NCBI GenBank assembly: GCA_963713925.1
Contig: OY970212.1
Location: 1,088,001-1,152,000, forward strand
Length of the DNA stretch: 64,000 nucleotides
DNA from: an uncultured bacterium
GTDB lineage: Bacteria > Babelota > Babeliae > Babelales > Vermiphilaceae
Direction of reading: 5' to 3'
The notes beneath the pieces were generated by a model. That model worked only from the letters and a program-made list of their open reading frames with translations, was not told where the DNA came from and ran no database searches. Both the position numbers and the translations under genes were made by a program. Of this stretch, positions 41,714 to 50,285 are shown piece after piece (position 1 is the stretch's first letter; the number at the start of each line of letters is the position of its first letter).

Positions 41714-43759
41714 ATGAATAAAATTATCCTACTATTTGTTTTTGCAGTCACTCGGGTTTTCAGCGCTCAACAAGCTGTCAAACCTGAGGATCTTGGAGCA
41801 TATGCCGGAATCCAAGCATTTTCAAAACAAGCGTCGTTAAAACCAACGCTCGCAGCTACACACCCGGAAAAATTGCATGTTCCCATGACTTTTGATGACC
41901 GTCTTGCTACTGATGGGTTACTTATTTTTTTGGATAATACGGAAAAAATGCTGAACCCAGTTTCGGAACAATTGCTTTTTGCGCTCCATCAAAAGGCATG
42001 TCCTATTTTAGCATCGACCCATCTTCTAAAAGCAATCGAAGAAACGCCGAACGTCGCACAATTTGCCGCGACTTTCGACACGCCGATGGCTGAAAAAATT
42101 CGACAGTATTTTAATGATATAAAAAAGGCAGTACCCCATTTTATTGATAATAATCCGGGACTTTCTCAAGAAGAAATAAATAAAAAAATACAAGATTTTT
42201 TATTTGCGAAAGCCTCGGAGCTTGATCTTAAATTCAAAGGAACTTCAATAAAAAATTTATTGTTTGATATTCATCGCTCTCTCATCAAAGAATTCACTCC
42301 TTGGAACCGAAATGAATGGCTTATTAAAGCCGTCAATCAACAACTTCTTTTATTGGTTCCACGGAACTATGTAAAAAACCGATCTGGAGAGATTATTTCC
42401 GGATCTCTTTCTTTGCCAAGCTCTACTTCTCTGACTACTTTTGAATACAAAACGGGACTCAAAATAGGCCATATGCAAACAGTAACCGATTATCATGCAG
42501 CAATCAAAGTATCTTCAGTTGCCGTTCCTGACCAATATTTTATGGACCCATTATTGAAATCAAGTATCTTTGTTTCTCGCGCGGAATATGCTCAAATCTC
42601 TCAGATTTATGAACAACCTCGATGGGCGCTTTTCATAAATGGTCATGGCTCCATTGGGAAGAAAATATGCGGATTATCTATACCCGCATTTTCTCAAATG
42701 CTTGAATTTCTTGATACGAAAATAAATACTGCTTTTTTGACATATTCCAGTTGTTACTCAGTAGGAACTAATCAGAAACAAATTTACAAAGATCTTGAGC
42801 GGCCGACAAAATTATCTTTTCCTGTTGCAACGGCATCTGCTTTTGATGATGTAGCTTTTTCTTCCGTGACACTCCCTTGGCCAGGTATAGGGGTAGACAC
42901 CATTGATTTTCAAAATAAAACGTTAAAAGTAAAATATACTACCAATTTCAAACAATTTATTGATCTTGCGACTTCAAAAAATCCTGATATTACGTTAATC
43001 GCTTCGACTGTTATGCCGCAAGCAATTAAATTGGCAGAACTCGCTCCACATATTCGCTTTGGGGGCAGTGAATGGTTTACTATTGATAGTGCTAAAAACT
43101 CTGTAGCAACTATCGGAACTCCATTTGCACAAACATGCACCAAAGTTGACCTAATAAAACGATTTAGTAAAAAAGGACTTATTCCTACTATTTATTGCCT
43201 TTACATACCTATTATTCCCTGCGAGCTCGTAATAAACTCATCGGGCTATAAACCTTTTTTCTTTCCAATGGCATCTTTGAAGACTCTGGATCAAAATTAT
43301 TTTATGTATTACATCAAGAAATTGTCCGTACCACACCACTCTTTAAGAAATGTTCATAATATGTTCACAAAATCGATTTCGGATAAATACAAATTGATAG
43401 CAGCTCTTGATGAGATTGAATTAAAAGAGATCGATGATCGAACCTTGTATGCAGAACCCCAAATTATCAAGGATGTGTTTATTATCCATAATAATCCTAT
43501 TCAAAATGTTGTATGGTTCACCGCCCAAGAAAATTTTCATCATGAAAAAACCGAACAAATGAACGAACCGGTAGAAAAGTTTTATGAAATAGATTTCAAC
43601 AAACCTATTTTAGAAAAAAAAGAAATCAAAGATTACCGCCGTTTGAGAAAGACTCTTGGATTTACTGATGCAATAGCTCAATTCGAGAAAGAAAAAAGAG
43701 AGCCGGCTCAAGCGCTTGAAAATATTTTGAAGAAAAAAATTGAGCGCGGACCGCAATGA
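41714..43759 (+). CDS. Secreted hypothetical protein with possible clan CD-like His/Cys dyad
   Basis: Signal peptide; ALFINGHG and FLTYSSCY motifs about 35 aa apart. Confidence 0.65.
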   Translation: MNKIILLFVFAVTRVFSAQQAVKPEDLGAYAGIQAFSKQASLKPTLAATHPEKLHVPMTFDDRLATDGLLIFLDNTEKMLNPVSEQLLFALHQKACPILASTHLLKAIEETPNVAQFAATFDTPMAEKIRQYFNDIKKAVPHFIDNNPGLSQEEINKKIQDFLFAKASELDLKFKGTSIKNLLFDIHRSLIKEFTPWNRNEWLIKAVNQQLLLLVPRNYVKNRSGEIISGSLSLPSSTSLTTFEYKTGLKIGHMQTVTDYHAAIKVSSVAVPDQYFMDPLLKSSIFVSRAEYAQISQIYEQPRWALFINGHGSIGKKICGLSIPAFSQMLEFLDTKINTAFLTYSSCYSVGTNQKQIYKDLERPTKLSFPVATASAFDDVAFSSVTLPWPGIGVDTIDFQNKTLKVKYTTNFKQFIDLATSKNPDITLIASTVMPQAIKLAELAPHIRFGGSEWFTIDSAKNSVATIGTPFAQTCTKVDLIKRFSKKGLIPTIYCLYIPIIPCELVINSSGYKPFFFPMASLKTLDQNYFMYYIKKLSVPHHSLRNVHNMFTKSISDKYKLIAALDEIELKEIDDRTLYAEPQIIKDVFIIHNNPIQNVVWFTAQENFHHEKTEQMNEPVEKFYEIDFNKPILEKKEIKDYRRLRKTLGFTDAIAQFEKEKREPAQALENILKKKIERGPQ

Positions 43760-43761
43760 TC

Positions 43762-44631
43762 TCAGCGTCCTTCACGCTCATTTAAAAGCTCTTCCGACAT
43801 CATGCTGTATATTTCTGACGCATCCTTGAGCATTTGGCAATCAAGCCGGTGTTCTTTGCTTTCTTCATGAGGTTGCACATCAGGGTATAATTGCTGGTAG
43901 AGCAAAACGCCTTCTCTCGCTTGACGGACGCCGCGAGTCAATGTCCAGATCTGAGCTCTTCTGCGCAAAAAATCTTTGACATTATCAGGCACTACCCTTG
44001 CCCAATCATAACCAATATCTTCATTATCTCCATCATCCGGCATGAGATAATCCTGATGAGCTAAATGCCCCATTGCTTGAATAAGATACTTTTTAATGCG
44101 GCTATTTCTCGCATATTCGTAGTGATCGGGAATAGCGAGAGCATTCTCAGACAGGCAAGCGTTCATAGATAAATCATTATCATAGACGGTGTAGATTTCT
44201 ATTAGCTTAAATTCAGGTTCCAGTTCACGACGAATCCTTTTCTCCAGTCTTCTGGGAACAACAGAAAAAAAATGACTTTCTCCTGTTAAGCGCGCCTTTT
44301 GGGATGACTCTTTGATCAACTTCTCTTTCAATTGTTCAGCAGTCACCTGCCGGAAACTGCACAACTCATTCATTGCTACTGTCGCTTCTTTTTCAATTTT
44401 ATTTTGGAAATAGTGTTGCACTGCAAGCACATGCGCCGGAAATTTTTTAGCATTTTCCGGGGTATATATACATGTGTTTAAATTTGAAATATTGTACGAA
44501 GACGATGAATACAAACGCGATTGGTGCTTGACTTGAGATTTCTGTACGGACTTTTGGGGCATAGGTCGATATAACATGCCATAACTTGATAGATACAGTA
44601 ATAGGCTAAGACTGATACATTTGATTGTCAT
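43762..44631 (-). CDS. Secreted hypothetical protein
   Basis: Signal peptide followed by a basic/Ser-rich segment; degenerate M48-like QAMGH helix. Confidence 0.65.
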   Translation of the reverse strand: MTIKCISLSLLLYLSSYGMLYRPMPQKSVQKSQVKHQSRLYSSSSYNISNLNTCIYTPENAKKFPAHVLAVQHYFQNKIEKEATVAMNELCSFRQVTAEQLKEKLIKESSQKARLTGESHFFSVVPRRLEKRIRRELEPEFKLIEIYTVYDNDLSMNACLSENALAIPDHYEYARNSRIKKYLIQAMGHLAHQDYLMPDDGDNEDIGYDWARVVPDNVKDFLRRRAQIWTLTRGVRQAREGVLLYQQLYPDVQPHEESKEHRLDCQMLKDASEIYSMMSEELLNEREGR

Positions 44632-44648
44632 AGATAATCCCACAAAAG

Positions 44649-44924
44649 CTATTGCGTTTTATTAAATGTATTTTTTGATTTTCTTTCCATTTTAATTTTT
44701 TCTTGTTCGTGTTTTTTCATATGATCTTGCAATTCTGCGAGCGTCGGAAAAACTACCAAATCGGCTTTTGGATTGTCGAAATCTAAATTGTTGAACGGAT
44801 GACACACTGTGCAAAAATGAAAAATCTGGATATCCATTTGTTTCAATGGTCTCTCATTTTCACTTGCATTAATTGCCGGAAACAAAAAAACACACATCGT
44901 GATTATCTTTTGTATAAAGTTCAT
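44649..44924 (-). CDS. Small secreted protein with a C2H2-like motif
   Basis: CTVC...F.TLAELQDHMKKH. Confidence 0.6.
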   Translation of the reverse strand: MNFIQKIITMCVFLFPAINASENERPLKQMDIQIFHFCTVCHPFNNLDFDNPKADLVVFPTLAELQDHMKKHEQEKIKMERKSKNTFNKTQ

Positions 44925-44959
44925 AAATTCCTCATCTCTTTTGCTGGTCAACACCACAA

Positions 44960-45397
44960 TCAATAAATGCCATCGTCCGAATCACTTGAAGAGGAATCGC
45001 CGGAAGAAGAAGATGATGATGATGATTCCAATTTTTGAGAGGCAGCGGGTACAGATCTTCTGATCCGGTTAGCCGGTAACGCATATCGCATGAAACTTCC
45101 TTCAAATCGAACATCGCCTATGATAACGTTATGATCCGCAAGCGTATGATTCTTTTCTTCGTCCAAGCCGTTACATTGCTGAAGGCAATAGCGACACTGA
45201 GTTGCTTGATTATCCGGAATTACTTCAACATGTACTTCGGACAGATCAAGCAAATTCTTTTTAGGTTCCTTAAAATTCTCTGATGGGGTTGTTTGGGAGT
45301 GAGAGAGGGCATCAAACAACTTTCTCCGCTTTGCGGGAGATTCAGCTCCTTGCACAGCCATGCAAAAAAATAGTGAACATAAAAATAATTTTTTCAT
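44960..45397 (-). CDS. Secreted protein with a C2H2-type motif and NLS-like segment
   Basis: PAKRRK; CRYC-x12-H-x4-H; Ser-rich tail. Confidence 0.65.
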   Translation of the reverse strand: MKKLFLCSLFFCMAVQGAESPAKRRKLFDALSHSQTTPSENFKEPKKNLLDLSEVHVEVIPDNQATQCRYCLQQCNGLDEEKNHTLADHNVIIGDVRFEGSFMRYALPANRIRRSVPAASQKLESSSSSSSSGDSSSSDSDDGIY

Positions 45398-45675
45398 TCA
45401 GACTTTCCAACCTCAATTCCACTCACTGTGCGCATATATTTACATTTCGTATCTTGACCAACAGGCATGATTCCAAGGAATCTTCTTTTTTCATGCAAAT
45501 CGAGTGCTTCATAAAGCTCGTTATCAATATCAATATCTTGATAATGAGAACGCCTTGCTCTTTTGCCATATTTTTTTTTGGCAGACGTTTGATGGAAAAA
45601 TGTAAAATCGAATGAATATATACTCAATACAAAAAACGTTATTATGTTTATAGCAAAAATAACCGATTTTTTCAT
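45394..45675 (-). CDS. Small hypothetical membrane/secreted protein
   Basis: Overlaps its neighbours by 4 nt (translational coupling); hydrophobic N-terminus. Confidence 0.55.
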   Translation of the reverse strand: MKKSVIFAINIITFFVLSIYSFDFTFFHQTSAKKKYGKRARRSHYQDIDIDNELYEALDLHEKRRFLGIMPVGQDTKCKYMRTVSGIEVGKSE

Positions 45676-46454
45676 TGCAATACATTCCATAAAGAAAGAA
45701 GCATTTCCATGTCCATTTGTTGCGCCCTGAGTTTCAAAATATCTTCGCCAACACGCTCAAGGTTGTAATGAGACTGCATTAAATTATTGCGTATGGTACG
45801 ACGCGGTTGCAAGAAAATCAGTTTTATAAATTTCCAAAATTCAGTTTCATTTGGAATTGAGCGCACGACTGAGCGAGGTTTGAAATAGAGCAATCGAGAA
45901 TCAACTTTTGGTGGCGGGTAAAAAGAGAGCGGAGCAATTTTATCAAGCAACTTGAACTCAAAATAGTGCTGGAAATAGAGCGATGAGTATCCGTATCCAC
46001 GCCCTTCTTGTTTTACAATCTTTTGAGCGACTTCTTCTTGCACCATCACCACTCCCTCAGAAATGATATCACGCGCAGAAATCAGCTTGTGCAAAATAGG
46101 GAACGTAATTTGGTATGGCAAGTTGGCAAGCACGATCCAAGGAGCTTCGCTTGCAATACTTTGCAGATCAACATCGAGGAAGTTCACGAGCCGCATATCA
46201 AGCCGCTTATCTGGCAAGAGCTCGCGAACATATTGCGCCCATTCCGGGTCTATCTCAAAAACAATCAATTTTTTGACAGGACGCTCAAGGATTGCGCGCG
46301 TTAAAATCCCCTCACCGCAGCCAATTTCAAACACATGAGAATCGGCATTAAGTTTAACATAATCCCGCATTCTATGGACAATGGCAGCATCTTTTAAAAA
46401 ATGCTGCCCATACCTTTTTTTTACCTCAATACCTTTTATATAAGGTTTTTTCAC
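45672..46454 (-). CDS. rsmA: 16S rRNA m6(2)A dimethyltransferase (KsgA)
   Basis: KKRYGQHFL, EIGCGEG, ANLPYQIT, MVQEEVA and FYPPPKVDS motifs. Confidence 0.95.
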   Translation of the reverse strand: MKKPYIKGIEVKKRYGQHFLKDAAIVHRMRDYVKLNADSHVFEIGCGEGILTRAILERPVKKLIVFEIDPEWAQYVRELLPDKRLDMRLVNFLDVDLQSIASEAPWIVLANLPYQITFPILHKLISARDIISEGVVMVQEEVAQKIVKQEGRGYGYSSLYFQHYFEFKLLDKIAPLSFYPPPKVDSRLLYFKPRSVVRSIPNETEFWKFIKLIFLQPRRTIRNNLMQSHYNLERVGEDILKLRAQQMDMEMLLSLWNVLQ

Positions 46455-46489
46455 AAAAATTCCCGATTTTATTCATTATTTCTGGGGTT

Positions 46490-46515
46490 CCAAGTCAGCG
46501 TTAATGCTGACTTGG
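46490..46515. terminator. Hairpin downstream of mreB
   Basis: CCAAGTCAGC-GTTAAT-GCTGACTTGG. Confidence 0.55.
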
Positions 46516-46591
46516 TATATTTTATTCCATTAAAGCTTTACACCCAAGCTCCGCATTAAGCTTCGCTTGGGGCCCGTGAATTTTGACATTT

Positions 46592-47638
46592 TTATTCCAT
46601 TAAGGCTTCTTTAAAGAAGTCAAAGTTCTCCAACACTTTTCCGATGCCTTTTACCACGCAAAAGAGCGGATCTTCTGCTATTTGCACCGGGAGACCAGTC
46701 TCTTTTGAAATGAGCCTATCAAGCCCTTTCAACATGGAGCTTCCTCCAGCCATCATGATTCCCTTGTCAACAAGATCTGATGAAAGTTCAGGTGGAGTAT
46801 TTTCAAGCGCAACGCGTACAACGTCAACAATCGCGGCAACCGTTTCAAGCAATGCCTCATTGACTTCAGGAGCCGTTAATGTGATGGTCTTTGGAACACC
46901 GGAGACAAGATCGCGTCCCTTAACTTCAAGGCTCATTTTTGAAATATCTGAATCTAGCAACGCTGAACCAATTTCAATCTTGATAATTTCCGCAGTGCGC
47001 TCACCGATTAATAAATTGTACTTGCGTTTAACATATTGCACAATAGCGCGATCCATTTCATCGCCACCAACACGCACCGAACGGCAGAAAACGACTGACT
47101 TTAAGGAAATAACAGCAACTTCAGTTGTTCCCCCGCCAATGTCTACAATCATGCTGCCGGTTGGCTCTTGAACCGGGAGACCTGCGCCAATTGCTGCCGC
47201 CATCGGTTCAATGATGGTGCGAACAAATCGAGCGCCTGCTTGTTTTGCCGAATCAGTTACGGCCCGTTTTTCAACCTGAGTGATTCCTGAAGGAACTCCA
47301 ATGATCATGCGCGGACGAATCAAAGTGTTGCGATCATTATGCACCGCTTTAATAAAATAACGAAGCATGCTTTCAGTAAGTTCAAAATTGGCAATCACGC
47401 CATCTCGCATGGGGCGGCACGCAACAATATTTTCAGGAGTTTTACCAAGCATTTCTTTTGCCGCTTTTCCTGCCGCAAGCACAATATTGCTATTGGCCCG
47501 CACAGCAACAACTGACGGCTCATTAAGAATGATGCCTCTGCCTCTTACATAAACCAGTGTATTTGCGGTTCCCAAATCTATTGCCATATCATTTGACAAT
47601 ACTGGCAATTTTGGAAGCCATGCCGGTAAAAATTTCAT
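46592..47638 (-). CDS. mreB: Rod shape-determining protein MreB
   Basis: IDLGTANTLVY, EPSVVA, RPMRDGVIA and DIGGGTTEVAVISL motifs. Confidence 0.98.
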   Translation of the reverse strand: MKFLPAWLPKLPVLSNDMAIDLGTANTLVYVRGRGIILNEPSVVAVRANSNIVLAAGKAAKEMLGKTPENIVACRPMRDGVIANFELTESMLRYFIKAVHNDRNTLIRPRMIIGVPSGITQVEKRAVTDSAKQAGARFVRTIIEPMAAAIGAGLPVQEPTGSMIVDIGGGTTEVAVISLKSVVFCRSVRVGGDEMDRAIVQYVKRKYNLLIGERTAEIIKIEIGSALLDSDISKMSLEVKGRDLVSGVPKTITLTAPEVNEALLETVAAIVDVVRVALENTPPELSSDLVDKGIMMAGGSSMLKGLDRLISKETGLPVQIAEDPLFCVVKGIGKVLENFDFFKEALME

Positions 47639-47655
47639 AATACTTTCCTCTACTC

Positions 47656-48906
47656 TTAAAACATAAATTCTATTCCAAGCGCTACTTTATTAGTTTTCGC
47701 AACCGAATGTCCCACCATGAATGAAATCGGTATGTCCCACTTTAAAAAGACAATGGGCTTCATACCACGTTCTTCACACATTTTTCCAAAATCATAAAAG
47801 GCATTCAAGGTGAGATACTCACTTGCCCAATGTGAGAATGTTTCTTGTAGATTTGAATTGGCTTTCGCGTCCGTCACCGGAGACGTTGTCAAGCATGGAT
47901 TTCCGTTGCTCCAATGATCTCTAAAATGGCTGATCAATGTATATTGCAAGCCAAGCCCCAATCCATCACGCAAGTTTTCGACATAAAAGTAAGGTAAGAA
48001 GACTAAAGTAACCCCAGGATCTATGCGAGCTGTGCCGGGAACAACGCCAAAGAGCGGTTGTTCTAGTAATATATTAAACCGCGCAGGCCGAACTCGCGCG
48101 AATCGCTTGCTTACGCGTAGCCAGAGACCGAGCTTCCAGTCTTCTTTCAACTCAAATTCTGCTTCCCCCTGCACATAGGCTCCATAAAAGCCGTTTCCAC
48201 CAAAGGGCACCGAAGCCGGAATATTGGCATCTGAAGCCAAACCGGTTGGAAACAACAACCCGGCGCGAAGGGCGCCAAGCAATCTTCTGAATTTATATGC
48301 ATAGTCAAGAGAACGTTCATAGCGGGCGTACAGATCAAGGTCTCCAAAGCCTATTTGATTCCAAAATCCGCAATCAATGCCGATTGTTGAAAGCATTCTT
48401 GCCCGAATCAAATCAAGCTCAACAACCTCCTCCCCGGTCATGATGTTGGGAGTCGAATTGACCCCATCAAGCACATACAATATTCCGGAATTGAGGCGAA
48501 GAATATACCAATACAAACCGAGAGAGAAATGGTCACCAAGCCCAAGCTGCGTCGCAAATTCGAAACTCTCTGCTTGAATTTTTTGATGCAATCGCCATAT
48601 AAGAGAACTATCTGCAAATCCCGGCACCAACGGATTGGCAAACCCGACTTCTTCCATTGCATTGGCGATTTCTGTTTGATTAAATGTGCCAAAAATTTCA
48701 GGAATACCAACAATTTGACTTAGTACGCTCGGCGATGGATATGCTTCTTTTCCCGAATAGAATGCGAGGTCAAAACGCAAATGTGAATTGTAATATTTTG
48801 ATGTTATATAGGGATATTGCAACAATGGCAGATATCTATTGTCAAATACTGCGTGACACGACGCAACAATGAAGATCGCCCATACATAGAAACTACGTCG
48901 AATCAT
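47656..48906 (-). CDS. Probable outer-membrane beta-barrel protein
   Basis: Signal peptide; GFGDLDL..R, GLLFPTG; terminal LGIEFMF. Confidence 0.65.
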   Translation of the reverse strand: MIRRSFYVWAIFIVASCHAVFDNRYLPLLQYPYITSKYYNSHLRFDLAFYSGKEAYPSPSVLSQIVGIPEIFGTFNQTEIANAMEEVGFANPLVPGFADSSLIWRLHQKIQAESFEFATQLGLGDHFSLGLYWYILRLNSGILYVLDGVNSTPNIMTGEEVVELDLIRARMLSTIGIDCGFWNQIGFGDLDLYARYERSLDYAYKFRRLLGALRAGLLFPTGLASDANIPASVPFGGNGFYGAYVQGEAEFELKEDWKLGLWLRVSKRFARVRPARFNILLEQPLFGVVPGTARIDPGVTLVFLPYFYVENLRDGLGLGLQYTLISHFRDHWSNGNPCLTTSPVTDAKANSNLQETFSHWASEYLTLNAFYDFGKMCEERGMKPIVFLKWDIPISFMVGHSVAKTNKVALGIEFMF

Positions 48907-49155
48907 ACGCTCTCACCTGCTTATTTTGATCTGATCAAAGATGTACCACTTACATTCCATTTTTTGTTTATTTTTTCTCCCAAGTACGACTTGGGTAAAT
49001 ATGGCCGTTCCAGTCCGCCGTCGCTTATCCATGTCTTATTACCCAAGTTACGCATTGCCTCACTTGGGACCCAATTCTGACTTGGCAAGCTATGGCGTGA
49101 CAGCCTACACTTGTTCTATAAATGTCAAATGTTCTACCTTAAAAAGCTGGCCCGC

Positions 49156-49181
49156 CCAGCCGTAGCCTTGGCGTAGGCTGG
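49156..49181. repeat. Family B hairpin overlapping the tRNA-Ser CCA end
   Basis: CCAGCCGTAGCCTTGGCGTAGGCTGG; its final TGG is the tRNA CCA. Confidence 0.7.
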
Positions 49182-49271
49182 AGGAGAGAGGGGGATTCGA
49201 ACCCCCGATCCCGTTCATCGCGAGATAATCGCTTTCGAGGCGACCGCTTTCGACCACTCAGCCATCTCTCC
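49179..49271 (-). tRNA. tRNA-Ser(CGA)
   Basis: 93-nt class II cloverleaf GGAGAGA...; anticodon arm GTCGC-CTCGAAA-GCGAT; long variable arm; encoded CCA. Confidence 0.95.
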
Positions 49272-49516
49272 ACAACACCCAATCTGCGTGCTAGCACTTC
49301 GATTGGGACCCGAATATATCAAAATTTCGTTTTTATTATATCTAACTCATACTTGCATATAGCGCTTTCTTTGAGTTAGTTTTGCTGTCCAATATACCTG
49401 ATTTTGTTTTTTTTAAAAGTTTTGATCGGCAAATGGGTTATATACCCACTATGTTCTTGATGTCCAACCCTTTTTGCAAAGCTGTACGCTTTTTTCTCAA
49501 TTTTTACCTGCTCATA

Positions 49517-50236
49517 TTATTTATCCATCTTGACTACATCAGCAAGCAAAGATGCCCCTTCTTGAATACAAACCTCATGAATCGCACTATTCACGCGCGA
49601 AAAATATTTTTCCAAAGCCAGATATTCCCAATCAACAGTATCTCCCATTGCTTTTGCCAACCTCTCTGCATCTCCTTGGGCAAAAGCCTGAAAATACTGA
49701 TTCCTATTATCAACAATTGATAGTGCAACTTTTGTAAGCTCACCAACAAGCCGTTCTTTTTGTTCATCGGTGCGACAAGCCATGTATGAATCATATTCCG
49801 CTATTTTTTCGTCCGATATATATATCTTGCCTCTCACAAAATCATAGAGGCGAAGAGCTTGGATTTGAGATATATTTCTTGGACACGGTGAAAGATATCC
49901 CGCTCTATTTAATATAAAAGTTGGTTTTATGCCTACGTTTGTCGCACTTTTAACCTTTTCATATACACCTATTAAAACAGCATGTGCAGTTTTGAGATCA
50001 ATGGAATGAATAACTGATTTTTTATTAATGTATCGGCAGGAAATCATCGTTTGATTGTTGATCTTTTTGATTTCAAATTTTGCCAATATAAATGCATCTA
50101 TTAATGAGTTTACTCTCCCCAAAAAAAATGGTGATGCTTGCGGCTTGTAAATCGCACAAAATAAATCGTTATTATTGCTATTACTTGCGGATAATGGAAG
50201 ACAAAAGATACATGATGTAAAAAATATATTTCTCAT
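49517..50236 (-). CDS. Secreted hypothetical protein
   Basis: Signal-peptide-like N-terminus; no family recognised. Confidence 0.65.
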   Translation of the reverse strand: MRNIFFTSCIFCLPLSASNSNNNDLFCAIYKPQASPFFLGRVNSLIDAFILAKFEIKKINNQTMISCRYINKKSVIHSIDLKTAHAVLIGVYEKVKSATNVGIKPTFILNRAGYLSPCPRNISQIQALRLYDFVRGKIYISDEKIAEYDSYMACRTDEQKERLVGELTKVALSIVDNRNQYFQAFAQGDAERLAKAMGDTVDWEYLALEKYFSRVNSAIHEVCIQEGASLLADVVKMDK

Positions 50237-50285
50237 AATTTCTTTTCTTAGATGCATCATAATTCAAGTTTTTTCTTACATTATT

